Below, piece by piece: positions 34,228 to 44,115 of a stretch of DNA of 64,000 bases (positions within the stretch are counted from its first letter, which is position 1; each line of letters starts with the position of its first letter). The position numbers were made by a program, and so were the translations under genes. This DNA comes from an uncultured delta proteobacterium (GTDB taxonomy: Bacteria > Desulfobacterota > Binatia > UBA9968). Location: the NCBI GenBank assembly GCA_963755715.1, contig CAVWLW010000001.1, positions 1 through 64,000 of the forward strand. The letters are read 5' to 3'. The notes under the pieces were generated by a model that saw only the letters and a program-made list of their open reading frames with translations, had not been told where the DNA came from and did not search any database.

Positions 34228-35664
34228 ATGGCGACGGATACAAACACGACGAAAACGGTCGGTCTTCTCGTAGAGGCTTCCAAGTTGGACACGGTTTATC
34301 GGGACCTCTATCTCAAGCGAGCGCGCCAATTGCTAAGCGCTATCTTGGATGAATCGGCCTATCGGGCCATGGGGTCAGCAGAAAACGAGATCGAAGATCT
34401 GATGCGACGCAGCCGATCGGCGGTGCTGCAGCGAGACTGGGGCCAAGTGGCCGAGCTGTCAGCGAAGGCCGATGGGCTGCGCCAACGGAAAGCGGCCATG
34501 GGCAAGCTGACCGATATCGGAAAAGAGTTATACGAGGGGGACACGGTTGTGTTTGATCCTTTTTCCCCTGGAAAGCACTTGGGGCAACAGTCGGAAGCAA
34601 AGCAACCGGCCTTACGCACAGAGTTGGTGAATACCCTTGCGTCGCTCGGTAAACTAGACCCCAGCCTCAGCGCGTTTTGCGAGAAGCGGCGCGGCTATTT
34701 TTCCGGGTTGGAAATGGCAAGCCCGGGAGCTTCGCAAAAAAAAGGCGCTCAACGGAACCGAGCGCAAGTCGAGCAACTCGCGCTCGAAGCCGCGGAGCGC
34801 GGCGATAATGCAGCGTTGCAAAAGCTCGCTAAAGAATTGCAGCAGTGGAAGATGGAAAGTGCTACGACGACGGCGGGATCCGTCGACGCGTCGGCTGTTA
34901 TAAGCCGCTACCAGTGCCCGGTTAACTTGGACGTCCCGTTCCTCCCGGCTGTGATCGAACGCGCTCGGGATCTTGGTCTGGTCGAAGCCCGCACCGCGCC
35001 TTTGGCCGAATTAGCTAAGGTCCGTGAGGTTATCTACGCGCATGTCGCCCAGCCGGTCCCATCCAACCCGGACATGGAAAAAGAGGGCGTGCTGCGCGCC
35101 CGGGCGCAGGCTGAGCTGGACCTGCCGACGGAATTCGACACCGAAGAACCGCGAACTCTCGCGAGCCAGTTCATCCAACAGATCTTTGTTAATTCCGCCG
35201 GAGCGCGCTACCTTCCTCCGCTCGCTACGGAGACGGCTCTGATTGAGGACTTCGCCGAGAACGAATCCGCCGAGGCGCCGTCAAAGCTACTTCAGGCGTT
35301 AGGGCTCGCTAAGCACAGTGGCCTAGCGCGCACAGAGATCGAGGCGGCGCTCGCGCGTTTCGGGCCGCAGATTTTAGAGGAGCGGCTGGGTCTGGACCCC
35401 ATCGAGTTTCGGCTTGTCTGCATTCCCCATGATTTGTACACGCGTTTCGGCCGTGACCGGGGCTTCGGACAATGGCACCACTGGACTCATTTCGACGGCT
35501 ATCAGGTCATGGGCGGCAACCGGTTGCGCGCGCTCGTCGGCGGGGACGGGCGGTTTGGCGGACTAGCCGATCTCGTCAGCATCAGCCCAAGCGACGCGCG
35601 CGAGAGTGTTTACGCGCGATTCGCGGTGGTGCGGCGCGCGCGCATGGCTGCACGATGGCGATGA
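34228..35664 (+). CDS. Hypothetical protein (478 aa)
   Basis: Long intact ORF, RBS AGGAGG; family not recognised. Confidence 0.7.
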   Translation: MATDTNTTKTVGLLVEASKLDTVYRDLYLKRARQLLSAILDESAYRAMGSAENEIEDLMRRSRSAVLQRDWGQVAELSAKADGLRQRKAAMGKLTDIGKELYEGDTVVFDPFSPGKHLGQQSEAKQPALRTELVNTLASLGKLDPSLSAFCEKRRGYFSGLEMASPGASQKKGAQRNRAQVEQLALEAAERGDNAALQKLAKELQQWKMESATTTAGSVDASAVISRYQCPVNLDVPFLPAVIERARDLGLVEARTAPLAELAKVREVIYAHVAQPVPSNPDMEKEGVLRARAQAELDLPTEFDTEEPRTLASQFIQQIFVNSAGARYLPPLATETALIEDFAENESAEAPSKLLQALGLAKHSGLARTEIEAALARFGPQILEERLGLDPIEFRLVCIPHDLYTRFGRDRGFGQWHHWTHFDGYQVMGGNRLRALVGGDGRFGGLADLVSISPSDARESVYARFAVVRRARMAARWR

Positions 35665-35968
35665 TGGAGCTCATTGCTCAATCCTGGCAGCAGTCGAAGG
35701 ACAAAGTTCGCCGAGTGCGAAATGACAACAATCCGGCAGATCAAAGCCAGAGAATGACGGTCTGAATCAAGGTGGCAATGAGTCTGTAGGCCGCGTTGCT
35801 CGCTTTCATCACGCCCTTCGCCGTTCCGGCGGTCTGAGCGCAAGTGAACAGCAAGCTGCCGCAACAAAAGGAGGGAGCGCCATGTGAAAATGAAATTGGA
35901 CTGTGAATGGGTGCTTTAGGTTGGTTGGGTTTTAGAATAAACGTCAGAAAAAATAAGGAGGAATTTAT

Positions 35969-36412
35969 ATGTCAAAGGTTCTAACAGTTTCCCGGCTCGC
36001 TCTATTCTTTATGGTCATCGCGCTAGCAAGCAACGCCGTCGCCGCGGAAAAGGCGACGCCTTCGGGGAAGCTAACGATGGAGAGTAAGTCGATTGCTGCC
36101 GGCATTGGAATCACCTGGGGCGACGGAAAACTGAATTTCAAAGGGAAGGAATACCCGTTCTCCATCGACGGTTTGACGCTGGTAGATTTCGGCATCAGCA
36201 AAGCGAGCGCAACTGGGGACGTATACAATTTGACCGACAGCGCGAAGTTGGCGGGAACCTACGTGGCGGCTGAAGCCGGGATTACCCTGGCCGGAGGCGT
36301 GGGCGGTATGGTGCTAAGGAATCAGGATGGGGTGATTATTCACATTCGTTCGACTTCTACGGGCGCCAAGCTCCAACTCGGCCCCAGTGGACTGACGATC
36401 AAGATGAAGTAA
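35969..36412 (+). CDS. Exported hypothetical protein (DUF1134/EipA-like)
   Basis: Signal peptide, GIGITWGDGKL and G.VYNL motifs; RBS AGGAGG. Confidence 0.6.
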   Translation: MSKVLTVSRLALFFMVIALASNAVAAEKATPSGKLTMESKSIAAGIGITWGDGKLNFKGKEYPFSIDGLTLVDFGISKASATGDVYNLTDSAKLAGTYVAAEAGITLAGGVGGMVLRNQDGVIIHIRSTSTGAKLQLGPSGLTIKMK

Positions 36413-36422
36413 AAAGAAGTGA

Positions 36423-36500
36423 TGAGTGTCGAGGGAAAATGCGGTGTCGAGCGGCGGTTGATGAGTGGTCTTCCCCTCGACACCCGGCCCTCGACACTCA
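36423..36500. repeat. Inverted heptamer array hairpin
   Basis: Perfect 13-bp IR TGAGTGTCGAGGG / CCCTCGACACTCA plus an inner GGTGTCGAG/CTCGACACC pair. Confidence 0.75.
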
Positions 36501-36743
36501 CGGATTTTTCCTACAGGAGACAACGGAGAGAACGGAGATGAAGTTAAAAAGAAACTCCGTTTTCTCTGTTAGCTCCTGGTAGACCCAAAAACTGACCTCT
36601 TCGATCAGGCGTTGGTAGACCTGCGCTAGAGCATGAATCGAGATATTCAAGCGCGCATGTGGCTGAATGCGCAAGAGGTTGTGGTCCTACAACGTTTCTT
36701 TGCAGTCTCTCTTCGATAAGGCCGACCACGGGAGAACAGCATA

Positions 36744-37115
36744 ATGAAAGCAAAAGTTTTCATAGTCATAGCGATAGCCCGTTTTGCAATAGCCGTCGTA
36801 GCAGTGCCGATTATCGTCACGGGCTGTGCCGTCTATGAGCCCGTCCCTGCTTACGCGCCTCCTGCTAACAGCTTTGAGCGGTCGTGGACCGCTGCCGTAG
36901 GAGCGGCGCAAGATGTTGGTATTCGCATCGCGTCTGAAGATCGGGCGCGGGGAGTTATCACCGGCGCCAACGATAGCCGCGATGTAACGATCACTGTCGT
37001 GACCCAGGCGGACGGAAGAGTTCGCGTGGAGATCTCAGCGCGCGGGCCTCAAGGTGGGGATGCGAATTTGGCCAACGATATCTCGCGCGCTTACGACCGG
37101 CGCATGGGACGATGA
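36744..37115 (+). CDS. Small lipoprotein, paralog of 41194-41577
   Basis: Lipobox VTGC; shared C-terminus ISRAYDRRMGR. Confidence 0.75.
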   Translation: MKAKVFIVIAIARFAIAVVAVPIIVTGCAVYEPVPAYAPPANSFERSWTAAVGAAQDVGIRIASEDRARGVITGANDSRDVTITVVTQADGRVRVEISARGPQGGDANLANDISRAYDRRMGR

Positions 37116-37262
37116 GCGAGGGTTAGCACGCGGAATTCGGAAACGAGCACATGCTCCGTTTCATCCGGCCCCGCCATAAGGCCGGCGTGTCATTTCAAAG
37201 GATCGGGTTCGGTAGTTTCTTTTTGGTATGGATGAAACCTATAAAGTAGAAATACAATTTTT

Positions 37263-37538
37263 ATGACGAAACTTTTTGACACGCTTCGGCAGTTCCCGCT
37301 GGCGTTTGGGATCTTGTTTTGGCTCAGTAGCGCAGCGGCTGCGCACTCCGGAATCACCGATGGCTATGGATGCCATCGCGGTCCGGACAAAGTCAGCTAT
37401 CACTGTCACCAGGGGCAGTTCGCTGGCCGGACGTTTAAATCGAAAGAGGAGTTTCTGCGCCAGTTGCGCGGCGGTAAATCCGAACAATTGTCGCCGAAAA
37501 ACAACCCGCCTCTGGTGGAGAAGAAAAGTGAGAAGTAG
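37263..37538 (+). CDS. Small exported YHYH-like protein
   Basis: Signal peptide then HSG.TD..GCH...YHCH. Confidence 0.6.
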   Translation: MTKLFDTLRQFPLAFGILFWLSSAAAAHSGITDGYGCHRGPDKVSYHCHQGQFAGRTFKSKEEFLRQLRGGKSEQLSPKNNPPLVEKKSEK

Positions 37539-37616
37539 ATTTTAGCTCACGGGCTTGCGCAGAAACCTTATCCAGAGTTGCGAACCACAAACGCTAATAG
37601 CGAAAAATCCGCCGTT

Positions 37617-37800
37617 GACCAAGACGATCCGCACTGGCGCGATTTGATCCTCTTCCATGAATACTTCCACGGTGATAACGGCGCCGGGCTCGGCGCCAGC
37701 CACCAGACGGGGTGGACGGGCCTGGTCGCGCGCCTGCTCGACTTGTTCGGGCGTGTCGACACCAAAGACCTGGAGCTGGAAATCGAGCAAGTTGCTCCTA
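37617..37800 (+). pseudogene. C-terminal relic of an MGH1-like (GH63) glucosidase
   Basis: [35 protein letters not shown] with no upstream body. Confidence 0.8.
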
Positions 37801-38000
37801 GGCCTGGCTCATCAGGGAGCAGGTGGGCGGAGAAAAGACGGCCGGGAAGTGAAGAAGCGGGCGCAATGCGCGATCCATTAAATCCTGTTCGTATTGCCGA
37901 TCGACATTCGTGCTTATTATACTCGTCTCCGCAATTTCATGTCCGGCGAAGCCTGGAAGCACAAGGTAATTAAATAGCCACTATAAAGGAAGTTGCCGAT

Positions 38001-38396
38001 GTGAATATGAATTGCTCCAATAAAATGACGCTCGGTGTTCTCTTGCTGAGCCTTCTTACACTTTATGGCTGTGAGGACCTGGTTATACGCGACACGTCGA
38101 GCCTGTTCATCCCCAGGTTTCAACGGTCCGAGATCCTTGGCTTTGTGGCGGGATTTGGAACGACCTTTGCCGCCGTGCCAGACTTAGTCGCAATGCTCAA
38201 GCGGCGGTCAAGCGCGGGGATGAACCCGAGGATGGCGGGCATCATCGGTGTCTTTCAAATAGCCTGGGTCTACTACGGCTTGTTGATTGCTTCACGGCCG
38301 GTGATCCTATGGAACCTTATGGGGATAGTCATCAATTTCGTGAGCGTCGGCGCGTACCTATATTTCCGCAAAGCCAAGCAGTACGCAGTGAAGTGA
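38001..38396 (+). CDS. SemiSWEET/PQ-loop family small transporter
   Basis: GFVAGFGTTFAAVP, W.YYGLLI...PVILWN. Confidence 0.75.
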   Translation: MNMNCSNKMTLGVLLLSLLTLYGCEDLVIRDTSSLFIPRFQRSEILGFVAGFGTTFAAVPDLVAMLKRRSSAGMNPRMAGIIGVFQIAWVYYGLLIASRPVILWNLMGIVINFVSVGAYLYFRKAKQYAVK

Positions 38397-38947
38397 TCGC
38401 GCCGACCGGCCGAGCGATGGAAGTTATTCTCAGATCGCGCAAGACATCAAGAACGTGGCAGGGAAGGAGGACATTGATACTGAACTGATGCAGCTGGTTC
38501 TGGCCATCTTGAACTCGGCCGATAATCTCAAGACCAACGGCCATCTCAAGTGGAAGAGCTCCATCATTCAAACTGTTGTGTCTACCGCGGTTATGAGCCG
38601 ACCAATCAAGTTATCCAGACTTTCAATTTTCTCGACAGCCGGGGATACAAAATAACCCGGAAGTAAAGGCGCGTACGGTGCTCCGCTTCGTTCTCTCTGC
38701 AGCATCGAGGTGGCCCGGTCATGACCGTCAGATGATCTTGGCGAAATCGGAGTGTTAAATTCCCTATTCCAAAATTCCATTCTCTAATAAATGTTGTGGT
38801 TTAGCATGATCAAGCTGTTGTAGCTTTTGGGGATCCTTTGATTGGGGCTTTGCTGCGCAAGGTCTCCGTGGTGAATCCTCCTTCAGGGAAATTCAGAACA
38901 AACGAAATGCGGATCTTGAATTTCTCCTTTAGAACGTGCGTACTCCT

Positions 38948-38965
38948 ATTGGACCAAGGTCCAAT
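38948..38965. promoter_or_regulatory. Palindromic operator copy 4
   Basis: ATTGGACCAAGGTCCAAT ~111 bp upstream of the DUF1622 gene; TGGTACAT at 38986. Confidence 0.8.
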
Positions 38966-39075
38966 GGTGCGGCTTCCGTTTTTAATGGTACATCTCCAGA
39001 AAATTCAAATAGAAGGAACTTCTAATACGCGTATTTTAGACTCGGTTTGCTCCAGTTAACGAAAGCAGCTAAGCG

Positions 39076-39465
39076 ATGCGCATTTTAATTGAGCTTGCAG
39101 CTCAGGCGATCGAAATGTTTGCGGTTGCGATCATTGTGATTGCCATCGTGCATGGAACGATACGCTATCTCATTCGCATCAACCAACAGGTGAGTGACGC
39201 CTATCAGCAACTTAAGGCTCAGCTTGGCAAGGCGCTGCTTTTAGGGCTCGAATTTCTTGTGGCGGCGGACATCATCAGGACTGTGGCGCTCGAACCGAAC
39301 ATGCAGAACGTAATGATTTTAGGCTTGCTCGTGATCATTCGAACATTTCTCAGTTGGTCATTAGTCGTGGAAATCGAAGGGCACTGGCCGTGGCGAAAGG
39401 CCGAGGCAAAGAGTGTCGAGGGTCGGGCGTCGAGGGATGCGGGTGAAAATCGAGGGACGAGTTAA
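39076..39465 (+). CDS. DUF1622 family membrane protein
   Basis: LGKALLLGLEFLVAADIIRTV...IIRTFLSWSL..EI. Confidence 0.88.
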   Translation: MRILIELAAQAIEMFAVAIIVIAIVHGTIRYLIRINQQVSDAYQQLKAQLGKALLLGLEFLVAADIIRTVALEPNMQNVMILGLLVIIRTFLSWSLVVEIEGHWPWRKAEAKSVEGRASRDAGENRGTS

Positions 39466-39625
39466 CAGGAGCAAACACAGGCAATGGAGCATTTTGTTTT
39501 TGATCACTCTGTTTTCTCTGTCGTCTGCTGTGCAAAATGACAGTCGTTCTTCGAGGTCGAATTTCGCGATTCCGATTTCTGATTTTGCTTGAGCAGTTGG
39601 CTTCAAGGAAGGAGTAAGCCTTGAG

Positions 39626-40015
39626 ATGACAAATGAAGTAACGAAGCTCGATACCTCGACAAGACTTGCTTACGCGCGCACGTTCCTTGCCCACGAACGG
39701 ACTTTGATGGCGTGGGTTAGAACGTCGTCGTCGCTGATCACCTTCGGCTTTTCGATCTACAAATTTTTCCAACTAGAGCGGGGCGCGGGGAACGAGTTTC
39801 CGACGACTCAGGTCGTTGGACCGCGCCAGTTTTCGATGATTTTGATCATCATCGGAGTCGTGTCGCTCGTGCTGGCGACGATCCAGCACCGGCATCAACT
39901 GAAGATCCTCAAGATCGAATACGAAAATATCCCGATGTCGACGGCAGGGATAGTTGCCGGAGTGGTTTCCGTTCTCGGTCTCGGGGCCATCCTCGCGGTT
40001 ATCTTCCGTTTGTAA
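39626..40015 (+). CDS. DUF202 (YidH-like) membrane protein
   Basis: LA.ERT.MAWVRTS.SLI.FGF. Confidence 0.88.
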   Translation: MTNEVTKLDTSTRLAYARTFLAHERTLMAWVRTSSSLITFGFSIYKFFQLERGAGNEFPTTQVVGPRQFSMILIIIGVVSLVLATIQHRHQLKILKIEYENIPMSTAGIVAGVVSVLGLGAILAVIFRL

Positions 40016-40026
40016 GCGTCACGGGG

Positions 40027-40210
40027 GAGAGTGTCGAGGGACGAATGTCGAGTGAAAAACAAGGGACATGAATCAAAAAGATGAATGGTCGCCATTCTCT
40101 TCCCTAGACGCCCGACACTCGGTAGTTCCTCATAGGAGCGTCGAGGCATGAGAGCAAGATGTTTTCCAATCACTCGACCGCGGCACCTCGACACTCGTCC
40201 CCACGACCCT
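40027..40210. repeat. Two adjacent inverted heptamer arrays (GTCGA/TCGAC family)
   Basis: gagtgtcgagggacgaatgtcgagtg ... cccgacactc and cactcgaccg...ctcgacactcg. Confidence 0.6.
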
Positions 40211-40227
40211 TGCGGCGCAATTGTCCG

Positions 40228-40725
40228 ATGCAAAACAAGGCTAACAGCGGCAGTGCGCCCATGCGGCTACGGCTGATCGAATGCGGATCGTTGGTCGTTT
40301 TGTTGTTATGGGCGTTTGCCATTTTCGCATTTAGCGCGGAGAAGCCTGCCGCCGCAGCTTTACCGGCGCCAGCGCAAAAAAGCGCGGCGGCGCCGGTGCC
40401 CATTGAGACGACCGATGTGATCCCGCGCAGTGTGCGGGCCTTGGACCAGTTGCGGGAAATTCGCGAAAAGCTCGATGCCGACAACAGCGTCAGCGTAGTC
40501 GAGGCCGGACTTCCCGCATTCACGCAGCAATTGGATGAATGGTGGAAGGTGGAAGCAGCGACGATCAAGCAATTGCGTTCCGTGCAACGGATCAACGATG
40601 TCTTATGGCAATGGCGCTTGTACGAAGACCAGGTCGCTGCCTGGAACGGCTTGCTGGCGACCAGCTCCAAGGAGTGGAGCGCGGAGGAGAGCGTCTCTGG
40701 TGTCAAAAGATGTAGGACAAATTAG
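40228..40725 (+). pseudogene. Truncated exported/membrane protein, possibly the N-terminus of a large MscS-type channel
   Basis: Signal/TM segment plus helical periplasmic segment; coding-like sequence stops abruptly at ~40697. Confidence 0.45.
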
Positions 40726-41193
40726 AGGCGGGGAGGGTCATCTTGTTGAGAAGTGAAAATTTAGTGGCGCAGGTGCTTGAGTTGTCGCGTTAGAGTGCTC
40801 TCAACCTGACCCATAGCTCGATAGCCGGTCGCGCAAGTTTGATCCCCCGTCTTTCCGCAGTTCGGCAATTGTCCCTCGAATCGAAGTAAAATTGCTATTT
40901 GTTTACGGATGTGTCTCAGTGGTCTGTGTATACCAGCTCAAGATCTTGTCGGATCGGCTAAGGAACCGGCAGCTCGCAGAACTTGCACTCCTCAACCGGA
41001 ACCTTGGCGCTCGGCACGCGCGGAATCCATATGGTGTTTCTCGCCAGGAAATGCGAACTGGCTCGCCAATTGCCGGCCAGCTTGAAACCTTTTCAAATGA
41101 TCGAGAAAAGCGCAAAGTCGTACATGAAGAGGTTTCGCGCCGCAGGCTGTGAATTTCGAATTTTAATCGGCGATTGACTGTAAGGTATCACAA

Positions 41194-41577
41194 GTGAATA
41201 TTGCATCGAACCAGGCGACTCGCTGGCGGAGCCGTGATAGGATCCGGGCGGCGATACTTTTCGCAGTAGCGCTTTGGCAGGTCTCGGGCTGCGCTAGCGA
41301 GCCGGTTCCGCCCTACACACCGCCACCGAATACTTTCGATCGCGCTTGGAGCGCGGCGATCGGGGCGGCGCGGGACGAGGGTGTGCAGATTCTTTCTGAA
41401 GACCGCGCGAGTGGAACGATCATTGGCAGCAGAGGCGAGCAGGAAGTCACCATCAACATTCGCAGCCAGGCGGACGGCAGTGTTCGCATGGAATTTAGCG
41501 CGCGCGGCCCAAAGGGCGCAGACCCCGGGTTAGCCGGTCGAATCTCTCGTGCCTACGACAGGAGGATGGGGCGATAG
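41194..41577 (+). CDS. Small lipoprotein, paralog of 36744-37115
   Basis: Lipobox VSGC; aligns along its length with the paralog. Confidence 0.75.
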   Translation: MNIASNQATRWRSRDRIRAAILFAVALWQVSGCASEPVPPYTPPPNTFDRAWSAAIGAARDEGVQILSEDRASGTIIGSRGEQEVTINIRSQADGSVRMEFSARGPKGADPGLAGRISRAYDRRMGR

Positions 41578-41619
41578 AAAGGAGATATCCGCCAGTCGAG
41601 TAATTGGCGAGGATCAATC

Positions 41620-43185
41620 ATGGCTAAACGACTAAAAATTTGTCTCATCAATCCCAGGTTTGAACCTTCGTACTGGGGTTTCGATTATGCGTTACCGCTC
41701 TATCCGGGGCGCGTCAAATGCACGATGGTTACCGGCTCGTTGCCTCATCTCGCCAGTCTCACGCCCGACCACGAGGTTTACATCCTCGACGAAAATGTCG
41801 AAGCCATCGATTTTGCCTTTCTTCAGACCTTCGATGTCGTCGGCGTTACCGGCATGAATGTACAAAAATATCGCATGCGGGAGATTCTGCTTGAGCTGCG
41901 TGCACGAAAGATTTTTATCGCGGTGGGCGGCGCCTACGCCTCCGTCGATGAAAAGTTTTTCGATGGGCTGTGTGATGTGCTATTTTCCGGCGAAGCCGAT
42001 GAAACCTGGCCCCAGTTCGTCGAGCAATTTGCCGCGGGCAAGCCCTATGAGAACTTATACAAGCAAGCGCAGCCGACCGACATGTCCACCCTACCGACAC
42101 CAAGATTCGATCTGCTCAAGGTTAAACGCTACGCGACGGGGTCGATCCAGTTTTCGCGCGGCTGTCCGTTTCAATGCGAGTTCTGCGACATCATCGTGAC
42201 CTTTGGCCGCCGGCCGCGGATGAAAAGGCCGGAACAGGTGATCGAGGAACTCGATCAGTTGCGAAAATTAGGATTTTTTGGCGCATTCATCGTCGACGAT
42301 AATTTCATCGGCAACAAAAAGGCGGCCAAAGCATTGCTGCGGGCGATTGTTGCCTGGCAAAAGCAACACGGCTATCCGTTGCGGCTGAACACCGAAGCCA
42401 GCATTAATCTGGCCGATGACCCTGAACTGCTCAACTTGCTCTACGAGGCCAATTTTCGCGCTGTCTTTATCGGTATTGAGACGCCACGAGTGGCGTCCCT
42501 TAAAGAAACCAAGAAATTTCAGAACGTAGCCGGGGATAGCCTCGACGCCAAGCTGGCCCGAATCCAAAATGCCGGTCTGGATATAAGCGCCGGATTCATC
42601 GTCGGTTTCGATAACGACGACGAGTTGATCTTCGAAGATCAGTATCGCTTCATTCAGGGTAACGGAATTGTCTTGGCGATGGTTGGCATGCTTACGGCGA
42701 TACCGAAAACTCCGCTTTTTGAACGCTTGGAAAAAGACGGACGCCTGCGGCTACACGATTTTAATTGCAATTTCGTTCCGAAGAATATGACACCAGAGCG
42801 ACTCAAAAGCGGCTACTGGGAACTTCTACGGCGGCTCTACGCGCCGGAGGCCTTTCTCGAGCGCTACTTCAAAATCTATGAATATCCTGAATTCCGGCAG
42901 CGGCGGGCGGCGATTGTCGCTACAGCCAAAGAGCACAAGGTCCTCAGGACCTTAGTTTACGGGTTGATCTTGACTTGGAACCTTTTCCGGACGTTGGTGA
43001 AGTATAAAAGTTTGAAAACGGTAGGCACAGTGTACTGGCGCTATTTTTGGGAACACCGGCGACGTTACCAAAAAGGGATTACCGGCTATACGCAATTTGT
43101 CAATCGCTGCGTGGCACACTGGCATTTTTGGAAATTTACCGAAGAGGGGACCAACGGCAGGTTGCGTATGTTCAACTCGGGTTAA
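41620..43185 (+). CDS. B12-binding domain radical SAM protein (DUF4070 type)
   Basis: SRGCPFQCEFCDI (CX3CX2C), DENVE, GG.YAS, VDDNFIGN, GFIVGFD.D. Confidence 0.9.
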   Translation: MAKRLKICLINPRFEPSYWGFDYALPLYPGRVKCTMVTGSLPHLASLTPDHEVYILDENVEAIDFAFLQTFDVVGVTGMNVQKYRMREILLELRARKIFIAVGGAYASVDEKFFDGLCDVLFSGEADETWPQFVEQFAAGKPYENLYKQAQPTDMSTLPTPRFDLLKVKRYATGSIQFSRGCPFQCEFCDIIVTFGRRPRMKRPEQVIEELDQLRKLGFFGAFIVDDNFIGNKKAAKALLRAIVAWQKQHGYPLRLNTEASINLADDPELLNLLYEANFRAVFIGIETPRVASLKETKKFQNVAGDSLDAKLARIQNAGLDISAGFIVGFDNDDELIFEDQYRFIQGNGIVLAMVGMLTAIPKTPLFERLEKDGRLRLHDFNCNFVPKNMTPERLKSGYWELLRRLYAPEAFLERYFKIYEYPEFRQRRAAIVATAKEHKVLRTLVYGLILTWNLFRTLVKYKSLKTVGTVYWRYFWEHRRRYQKGITGYTQFVNRCVAHWHFWKFTEEGTNGRLRMFNSG

Positions 43186-43358
43186 TCACGTTTCCCTTGG
43201 GGTGCGTCGATACGCCTGCACAGTTGGCAGAGAACGGATCGGCGCGAGCGACGAGCGCGCCCACGGTTCAGCGCAGACTATCCTCTGCAGTTACTACCCA
43301 CGGATGTTCCAGATGTGTTGCTAAAATTTTCGACCTGTTTGATGGGAGAAGGACGGCC

Positions 43359-43988
43359 ATGGTGAGAAACAAGATCGGTAAGTTATTCGGCGCATTGGTG
43401 TGTTTTGGTCTTGCCGCGTGCGGACAGACTGGGATTCGAGAGGCGGTTATCACTCCGGAAAAGAATTTGCCCCGGCCGGCGCGAATCCTCGTCTATGACT
43501 TTGCTGTAAGTGAGCGCGAGGTAACGGAATATCAGGGCATCATGCGCCAGCAACCGACCATAAAGGATCCCGCGGAGCGGGAGCGGCAGATTGCGATTGA
43601 TGTCCAGAATGCGCTGGCCGGCCAAGTCGTGGACGGCTTGCGCGCATTGGGATTCGTGGCGGAACGGGCAAGCCGCGGCACGCCGGCCACTGGCAACGAG
43701 TTGTTGATCGACGGGCAATTTTTCAGGGTCGATGAAGGAAATCCCGTGCGCCGTTTGGTCGGCACCGGGACGTCGACCGTGGAGGCTCAAGCGCAGGCCT
43801 ATCAGGGTAGCGACAAGAAAAAACTGCTCGATTTCGTAACCTATTCCGACGGCGGCATGCACAATTCAGACGTAGCGCAGATGGCCGCCGCGAGCGGCGA
43901 TCAGGTTGTGCGCTATCTATCCGAGTTCTTCGCCCAACAGGGCTGGATCCGTGCGGATCAGGTGCGCAAGGCGCGGATCGCGTACTGA
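43359..43988 (+). CDS. DUF4410-like lipoprotein
   Basis: Lipobox LAAC, ILVYDF, VDEGN..RR motifs. Confidence 0.65.
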   Translation: MVRNKIGKLFGALVCFGLAACGQTGIREAVITPEKNLPRPARILVYDFAVSEREVTEYQGIMRQQPTIKDPAERERQIAIDVQNALAGQVVDGLRALGFVAERASRGTPATGNELLIDGQFFRVDEGNPVRRLVGTGTSTVEAQAQAYQGSDKKKLLDFVTYSDGGMHNSDVAQMAAASGDQVVRYLSEFFAQQGWIRADQVRKARIAY

Positions 43989-44115
43989 TCGCCATGCAAA
44001 GCGAATTTTTGGGCCGCGTTCTGAATCGCTAGGCGCTCAAGAATGTATCTTTAAGCTTCTCTGCAGGTGTTTTTTAAATTCATTTGCTTTTCTCCAAATA
44101 ACTAAAGACGCGATC

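Noticed and set aside
38400-38940. Short ORFs 38455-38655 and 38838-39059
   Set aside because: No recognisable family. The second overlaps the operator/promoter; the first may be a decayed fragment but cannot be assigned.
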